The position numbers and the translations under genes were made by a program. Below, piece by piece: positions 54,871-64,000 of a DNA stretch of 64,000 nucleotides. The notes under the pieces were generated by a model, which saw only the letters and a program-made list of their open reading frames with translations, was not told the origin of the DNA and ran no database searches. The DNA lies in contig OX597831.1 in assembly GCA_951406725.2 (NCBI GenBank), forward strand, positions 75,826,001 through 75,890,000, read 5' to 3'. Positions within the stretch are counted from its first letter, which is position 1. Every line of letters starts with the position of its first letter. This stretch comes from Octopus vulgaris (taxonomy: Eukaryota).

Positions 54871-55774
54871 ATATATATATGTATATATATATATATCCAT
54901 ATCACAATACCATTGTATTACATAACTCATTTTAGGAGCCAATAAGGCGGTGAACTGGTAGAATTGCTTGCAGACCGGACAAAATACTTAGCGATATTTC
55001 GTTCGTCATTGCGTCCTGAGTTCAAATTATGCCGTATCGTCTCTGCCTTTCATTCTTCCTGGGTCGATGAAATAAGTACTAGTTGATACTGGATTTGGTG
55101 TAATCGACTAGTCCCACCACCTCTCCCCAAATTTCAGGCCTTGTACCTGTTGTAGAAAAGATTATTTTAGGAAGGATAGTGCTTCTATTCGATCTCTCGA
55201 ATTTCGTTTTGGTCACTATTTATTTTTCTTGCAAAAGCCGGTTCTTTTGGCCAAACTATCGTATCTCCAGCTGCTTCAGATACCAAGATATCAAAAATTG
55301 TGTACAACAGTGTAGTACAACAGTTTTGCTATAGAATGGTGAAACTTTATTTTTTCGTTTTCTGTAACAAAAGCAACGTTTTGGACTTACGACACTTTTG
55401 CATAATAGCAACGATATATATATTTTAACCACTGCAACACTGGCTCAGTTACCAGCCTAAGTATATACCATTGACTTAAATACACTTGAGACAGTCATGC
55501 ACTTCACAACATCTCTTCTGACCCTCGTTTAACTAATTCTAAAAAACGCAACTAAACAAAGCATTGAACGAACTCCTTTAAAAAACTGTCCATGTGTTCA
55601 AAGACAATTTTCGAAGAAGCTGTAATTTGATCCCGGTAACTCAAGTATCGGTTTACTGGGGGTCGATATCTGATTGCATATGATTTGCTCCATTGAGGAT
55701 TACAAAATCTTATAGGGGAAACCATGAAGGCCATGTCTTCCCATTAGTATCTTTTGTCTCAGGAATTTTTTTAT

Positions 55775-56051
55775 CCTTTTACTTGTATCAGTCAGTGGAC
55801 TTTGGCCATGCTGGAGTACCGCTTCGAAGAATATAAGTCGAACAAAATCGATCTCAGTACTTATGTTTTATTTCTTGTTCTTTAAGTCTGCCATTTATTC
55901 TATCGGTCTATTTTACCGTACCGCTACGTTATGTGGCCGTAAACAAACCAACACTGGTTGTCAAGTGATGGGAGGCGTGTGTGTGTGTGTTTGCGTGTTA
56001 CAAGCACAGGCACAAAGACATACACAGAGACACACACACACACACATGTCA

Positions 56052-56084
<33 letters not shown>

Positions 56085-56568
56085 TGTACACGAGGTGATT
56101 CCATACAGTTTCCTTCTACAAATTTCACTTACAAAACATTGTTAAGTCAGGAGCAATAGTAGAAAACCTGGGCCGAAAGAGCTGGACAGAGAAACTGAAC
56201 TTGCACGTCGTTGCAAAGCCAGCTTCCTCTCTCCCTAGCCAGCCACTTCTGCGTCTAATATTTGTCATTCGTCGTCTCCAAAATGGTAAATGGAATTAAG
56301 AATGGTTGCGTCGTTAACAAGTTAGCTTCTTGACAGCATGATTGTGTGTTCTCACTGTGGTCTACTTTGGGCAATGAGTTTTCTATCATACAAAGCCTCG
56401 CGTTTCAGCAAAGCCTGACGGAGGGCGAAGGGACTACTTCAGTTTTTAGGGTGGCAGATTTAATGCAACGCTCGGTTTATAAGCCGAAACCATGCCAATA
56501 TATAGGCGAGTCAGGTCTGTTGCCCAATCACTAGCGTTCCGAGTAGGCCTCCAAATTGAGGATGTATA

Positions 56569-56630
<62 letters not shown>

Positions 56631-56779
56631 AAGTGCTGTGTGGTAAGAAATTTGTTCCCCAACCCCACATCGTTCTGGGTTCAATCCCACTGCGGGGGCA
56701 AGTGTCTTCTACTACACCCTCAGGCTGATTAAAGCCGTGTGAGTGAAATTGGTAGAGTCAAACTGAAAGAAGATCGTTG

Positions 56780-56818
<39 letters not shown>

Positions 56819-56825
56819 ATGTGTG

Positions 56826-56857
<32 letters not shown>

Positions 56858-56875
56858 TGTATGTATGTATGTATG

Positions 56876-56924
<49 letters not shown>

Positions 56925-57215
56925 ATACCCATATGTGTATGCGTGCGCCTGTTTGTCCCCCACCACTGCTTGAAAACCGGTGTTGGAGTGTTTACGCCCC
57001 CGTGACTTAGCGGTTCGGCAATACAGTACAATATATGAAATACCAGGCTTAAAAACGAAGTCCCGGGGTCGATTTGTTCGACTAAAATTCTCCAAGGAGG
57101 TGACCCAGTATGACTGCAGTCCAATGACTGAAACCCAATGTGTATTATATGCATGGATCGGATCTATTAGATAACTGGGAATATATTTATCATAACATTA
57201 TATCTACAATCAATA

Positions 57216-57280
<65 letters not shown>

Positions 57281-57873
57281 ATGTTTGTATGTCTGTCTGT
57301 ATGTCTGTATGTATGTATTCACACAATGCATGCATCCGTACACATCCGAACGCACACGTACATCTTCAGACAATAAACCGAGTCTAAAACTCGAGTCTAA
57401 CAACGATCTCTTTCTTCCTAAGGAGATATTGTATATATATATATATTTAGGCGCAGTAATGGCTGTGTGGTAAGTAGCTTGCTTACCAACCACATAGCTC
57501 CGGGTTCAGTCCCACTGCGTGGCATCTTGGGCATGTGTCTTCTGCTATAGCCTCGGGCCGACCAAAGCCTTGTGAGTGGATTTGGTAGACGGAAACTGAA
57601 AGAAACCTGTCGTATATATGTATATATATAAATATGTATGTGCGTGTATATGTTTGTGTGTCTGTGTTTGTCCTCCTAGCATTGCTTGACAACCGATGCT
57701 GGTATGTTTACGCCCCCGTCACTTAGCGGTTCGGTAAAAAGAGACCGATAGATTAAGTACTGGGCTTACAAAGAATAAGTCCCCGGGGTCGATTTGCTCG
57801 ACTAAAGGCGGTGCTCCAGGATGGTCGCAGTCAAACAACTGAATTAAGTAAAAGAGTAAAAGAGTAAAAGAGT
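55775..57873. mobile_element. Three SINE family 1 copies (55775-56255 minus, 56630-57135 plus, 57447-57873 plus)
   Basis: Sequence matches. Confidence 0.85.
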
Positions 57874-58242
57874 ATATATATATATACCTTTCTCTCTTAT
57901 ATTATATTTATATTCCTATATATTTCTGTGTGTGTATACTTCTGTGTGTCTAAATACATAAAAATGACTTACAGTTAAACTAAGTCAGATAATTGAAAAC
58001 TTGCTCATCTGGGCTACTCACCCTACCTCACGTGATATATGCGAAGGTCCAAAATCTCCTTAGCTGAGGAACACATTTCTCTTTCAAGTTTGCTCACACG
58101 TCTAACTCTACGCAAAACGACACGTATACAAGACAGTCCTGAATTCTATAGCCCTACCGATATTTTCAGAGACCCGTCCTTACTAAATTATATATATATA
58201 TATATATATATGATGTTCGATATTGTATGTTATTATACTATA

Positions 58243-58321
<79 letters not shown>

Positions 58322-58734
58322 AATGTATATATGTATATATATATAAATTAAATAGGACGTCGGTAAAAGTGCCATATCCTAGGAAGGAAATTATTTCATC
58401 TCGTTCCCGGTCTTATTTCCCCGTGATAATCGCTCCCCACTTCGATCTGAACCTCCTCATCGCAGACATAACGATGATGATGGTGATGATAATCATCATC
58501 ATCATCATCATACTCATCACCAGCAGGCATCAATCATACCCATCCTCTTCATCAGCGTCCCATACCTTCAATACCGTACAGCATCATCTTGTTCTCTCCT
58601 TCTCTTCTTGATCAATTCCTTTTTTCTCTTCTCTTACCACTTTCTCTTTTTTGAACGGTTTTTTTTCGTGATTAAATCAACTGAAATGTTCTAGTCTCCT
58701 CTTGTTCATGGTATCCAAGAAAATAGTCTTAGTT

Positions 58735-58766
<32 letters not shown>

Positions 58767-58878
58767 CATACATACATACATACATACATACATACATACA
58801 CACACACATACATATGTGTGTGTGTGTATGTATATATGCTTTTAAATATCTATACTTATACATGTGTGAGTATATCTA

Positions 58879-58951
<73 letters not shown>

Positions 58952-58976
58952 GTCTATCTATCTATCTATCTATCTA

Positions 58977-59007
<31 letters not shown>

Positions 59008-59080
59008 GTCTGTCTGTCTAACTCATTCATACGTATACATACATACATACATACATACATACATACATACATACACATTT

Positions 59081-59111
<31 letters not shown>

Positions 59112-59323
59112 GCACTTACTGGGATCTCCCTTTTACGTAGAAAGAATAGCCAAAACCTTTTGACTGCTATTTCTAAATTCGGTGTGTGGTGAGGCAAATC
59201 GTTGCTAAACCCTTAATTACTTAGTATTACTTAAACTTTCCTTGAATGGGGCTTTTACATGCCGAACTCTACTTGGTGAAATTAATAATTATTTCTAAAT
59301 TAATTAATTTCACCCTTTATTAT

Positions 59324-59403
<80 letters not shown>

Positions 59404-60024
59404 GTTCGTATGTGGATATTAGTGTTATTTTTTTCTTTGCTTAGAATGAGATTGAGTCTGAAGAACAATAACCGGATTTATTCAGTTAGGGGAACCTCCA
59501 CATACTTACTCACTTGCTAGAAATAGCAACCAAACCTCCTGAAAATCGCATCCTCAAATCTTCTTATTGGAGAAAAGGTGATATTAGATATTATGTAGTC
59601 TTACATACCTCTAAAAAGACACGATGGTCACGACCGGAAAGCATTTGATCATAGGTCTGTCTGATCCAGATCGGCCTGGGGCTAAACAGCAACATTTGCA
59701 TAATTAATTAGCAACGTTGTAAAAACCGAAGATCGGGGTCGGCGTCGGGGTTCCAAAGCCAGTAGAAACGAAAATTGCTCCTTAAAACCTCCAGTGTGAA
59801 CCCTTGGTTCTATAATGAATATCTTTTGTGGGTGTTTAGCGTTTAATTAGGGAGATCCTTTCTTTTTTCTTCAGGACCTTAGAGAATAGCAGGATGGAGG
59901 TTCTTCAAACCAGGGACCTCACCCGAATGCTTGTAAAAAAAAAAAAGTCCCTTAAAATCAGAGAAAGCTCTAGCTATGTACCTTTTAATGACCGCAAGGT
60001 TGCAGGGAGACACGCCAAATTTAT

Positions 60025-60200
60025 ATTGGTTTCAAACTTTAACACAAAGCCAGCAGTTTTTGGTGGGGAGCGTCAGTCGATTACATTGACCCCAGTGCTT
60101 AACTGGTACTTATTTTATCGTTCTCGAAAGGATGAAAGTCAAAATCGACCTCTGCGGAATTTGAACTCAGAGCTTAAAGAGGGACGAAATGCTGCTGGTA
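60025..60200 (-). mobile_element. SINE family 2, decayed
   Basis: gtcgattacattgaccccagt...ctggtacttattttatcg...gaaaggatgaaag. Confidence 0.75.
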
Positions 60201-60701
60201 TTTTTGTCATGATATACTGAGTTCGAATCCTGCAAGAATCGACATGATATTTCATCTATGAGAAACGAATACATATACCAGTGATAAACTCGGGTACATT
60301 CAATCAATTACAGCCCACCCTTCAACCTTCAACGCTTTGTATCAACATCACAAATAACTATTATGGTCGCTGTTCTTGTCCTTTTGTCCCTTGTCGGCTC
60401 GAATCCCACAGAGTTGTTGCCAATGACAATCCAACCGTGACGATCACGTTTGTATTTTTCAAATGTAAACCGCAGACTACAATAATGTCGATTACATTTT
60501 TTTTCATATCTTGTATATTTTAAAGGTTTGATCAGGAAGTGATTTTGCTGTTGTGTCTAGCAGTTCGAGTGACCACTTAGAGACTCGTTCGCTCGCCACT
60601 TTATAATCTTTGTTACGAGGGTGGTAAATTATATCAGTGTATATATACACTCAATCCTATATTTTTGCACACATACACATATACATACACCTATATATGC
60701 A

Positions 60702-60735
<34 letters not shown>

Positions 60736-60736
<1 letters not shown>

Positions 60737-60946
60737 TTTATTTTAAGCAGCAGAAAATTCAACAAAATCTGTTATCTGAGTTTCTCGTTGCCGTTCATCA
60801 GACAGTTTGTCTGATGAACGGCAACGAAACTCAAAGTAACAGATTTTGTTGAATTTTCTGCTGCTTAAAATAAAGCATATTACTCTACCACTGGTATTTG
60901 AGTACTCTTTTTTCCACCTTGTTTCACATTTATGTGTTTACTCCGG
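60736..60946. mobile_element. Family B element with inverted hammerhead pair and canonical CTGATGA core
   Basis: Palindrome centred ~60806; plus arm gt CTGATGA ACG GCAA CG AA ACTC AAAGT A acag; same 3' tail as 8600-8671. Confidence 0.75.
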
Positions 60947-60976
60947 TATATATATATATATATATATATGTATATG

Positions 60977-61049
<73 letters not shown>

Positions 61050-61218
61050 GTGTGTGTGCGTGTGTGTGTATGTGTGCGTGTGTATGTGTGTGTGTGTGTG
61101 TGTGTATAAATGTATATATTTATGATATAGTTAAAATGCAATCAACAATAAAAAAAACAACATAGGATGGACAAGGATTAATAAATACTGTATTAGCTTA
61201 ACGCTTTAATCGGAGGGG

Positions 61219-61291
<73 letters not shown>

Positions 61292-61327
61292 GTGTGTGTA
61301 TATATATGTATATGTATGTATATATAC

Positions 61328-61367
<40 letters not shown>

Positions 61368-61590
61368 GTGTATATATATGTGTGTATATATATGTATATA
61401 TATGTATACATATATATATACACATATATACATATATATATATATATATATAGCGATCTATCTACATATGTGTATACCTATATATATATAGATACATCTA
61501 TGTATGTATATATGTATGTATGCATGTATGTATGCATCTATCTAGGTATCTATCTATCCATATATATATATCCGCATACATACATGTCTC

Positions 61591-61700
<110 letters not shown>

Positions 61701-62141
61701 TTTTTTCCAGTTCCTTATAATGCACATCATGGGACGATGCTTTATCCGGCTGACTATGGAGTGAATAAACTGGCTCCACACAGCTAAACGCCTCGTATAT
61801 GCCTTCAGTAGAACATACTAAAATCGATGTCTCTCAGACCCTTAAACATAGCACCAACATCTAACCATAGCCTTGAGGGAACGACAGAAACTCTGCTATT
61901 CAGATGTGGCACCGAGTTTCATGATTTCCAAAGCATTTTATAGCAATGGTTTCGATATGTCCCAGACAGATTCATTTGAACATCTCTCGTTTCTTAAGTC
62001 TGTGTGAGTAGTGTTTGCATTAAGGCTTAGAATGTTCACATACTTACTCACACATATGTATTGTGTGTATGTGTGTATGCACACAATACACACACCCATG
62101 TCCACGTGTCTACGTAGATATACGTGCATATATATATATAT

Positions 62142-62188
<47 letters not shown>

Positions 62189-62207
62189 TATATATATACA
62201 TATACAT

Positions 62208-62263
<56 letters not shown>

Positions 62264-62266
<3 letters not shown>

Positions 62267-62556
62267 CTTAAATCCTTAAAAATGTTTTAGCCCGAAGGCC
62301 GCGGCCATGCTGGGGCACCACCGCAGAATGAGTTACACTAATATGTGAATCCACCTCTGATACGTGGCACTTGATCAACAAGGGAGTTCGATGCTGCTGC
62401 CCGCATTTGCTTCTCCTGTCGTGAGGTAGGTTCATCTGGGTCTCCCGACAAGAAGAGATCCAGTTTAGTTTTAAAGAAACCCACATCCACACCATGTAAG
62501 TCTCTCAGGCATTTAGTGAGGATGTTAAAGAGCTGTGGTCCTCTGAAACCCAAGCT
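62264..62556 (-). mobile_element. 3' end of a CR1/L2-group LINE
   Basis: [43 protein letters not shown]...RAAASNSLVDQV, then a 3' UTR and a short tandem tail (taaggatt). Confidence 0.8.
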
Positions 62557-62674
62557 ATAAATATATATATTGTTATATTTCGGAATGGTCATTTTGCCAG
62601 TTTAGCCAATAAAAACACACGCACTATTTTATATATACACATATATGTGCGTGAGCAAACAGACACTCTGCGTG

Positions 62675-62742
<68 letters not shown>

Positions 62743-63307
62743 CATATATATATACATACATACATACATACATACATACATACATACATACATACATGCG
62801 TACATACATACATGCAAATATACATACACACGCACACGCATAATACTCATTACCTGTAAAGGTAACGAGGCCAACTATTAATCAGAATTCTCTGACACAA
62901 GGAATTCTCTCTTCTAAGGACCACTAAATCGACTTTGCTTCGCTTTTGTTACGCCAGATCCACTGGGGCCTCTGTCTGTACATCTCTGTCACTGTCTCTG
63001 TCTGTCTGTCTGTCTCTTCTACCTCCTAGGATTTCGACTTCGAGAAATTTGGTGAAAATTGTTGTTGAACAGGATGTGAGAAGATCTTTCGTTAGAGATC
63101 AATCGACAAAATCTCTTGTCTCTGGTCTTCATCCGTTTCCTGTCTCTTGGATTGCTTCATTTTTTTGGGAGCTCGGACCATTGCTGCAGTGTCTGCTCAC
63201 GGATTTCTCTCTCTCCCTCTCTCTCTTTCTCCTTTCTCTCTCTCTCTATATGTTTCCTTCTTTCTCTATCATATCGCTGTCTCCGTCTCTATGTCTCTCT
63301 GTCATTC

Positions 63308-63752
63308 ATATAGGAGTGGTTGTGTGGCAAGTAGCTTGCTTACCAACCGCATGGTTCCGGGTTCAGTCCCACTGCGTGGCATCTTGGGCAAGTGTCTTCT
63401 ACTATAGCCTCGGGCCGACCAAAGCCTTTTGAGAGGATTTGGTAGAGGGAAACAGAAAGAACCCGTCGTATATATATATCTGTGTATGTATGTATATATA
63501 TATGTATGTATGAGTGTGTGTGTATGTCTGTGTGTGTGTGTGTGTGTGTATGTCTGTGTGTGTATGTTTGTTCCCACCAACATCGCTTGATAACCGACGC
63601 TAGTGTGTTTACTTCCCTGTAACTTAGCGATTCGGCAAAAGAAGCCGTTAGAAAAAGTACTAGGCTTACAAAGAATAAGACCTGGGGTTGATTTGCTCGA
63701 CTAAAGGTGGTGCTCCAGCCTGGCCACAGTCAAATGACCGAAACAAATAAAA
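63308..63752 (+). mobile_element. SINE family 1, full length
   Basis: Head-to-tail match. Confidence 0.9.
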
Positions 63753-64000
63753 ACACACACACACACATAGCTTTCTCTTCATCTCTCTCCATCTCTGTCT
63801 CTTAAGTTCTCTCTCTTTCTCTCTCCTTCGGTCTCCGAGCTGCAATCTGTCATATTTTGCGTGCAAGAGGGTTCAGTACAGTTTCCTCTACTGTCTCCCC
63901 ATATACCATAAACCACAACCTTTTCTGCAGTCACCTCCAACATCTTTCTCTTCAAAACAAATTATGCGGCCCGTCACTCTTTCTTAATCTTCCTCACTCA

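Overview
AT-rich, microsatellite-saturated animal DNA. The SINE families and (TA)n density point to a cephalopod, most likely Octopus (inferred from repeat style, not from a search). Almost all listed ORFs are microsatellite or repeat artefacts. Real content: (1) two abundant SINE families plus decayed RTE and CR1/L2-type LINE fragments and several small DNA-transposon relics. (2) At least three families of short non-coding elements carrying type I hammerhead-ribozyme motifs, mostly abutting (TA)n tracts and several arranged as inverted pairs, resembling Penelope-like element termini or retrozymes. (3) A ~16 kb segment (23062-38939) repeated after a 100-N gap (39040-55259), most likely an uncollapsed contig or haplotype overlap. 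(4) Inside that segment, an ~8 kb repeat-depleted island with clustered E-box, Runx and TEAD-like motifs, TATA boxes and a candidate first exon with uORFs (MEFLPSADLEFFNLNGEL|GTAAGT). About 14 kb upstream is a compact ERSE/UPRE/CRE cluster. No complete protein-coding gene can be read from this window.
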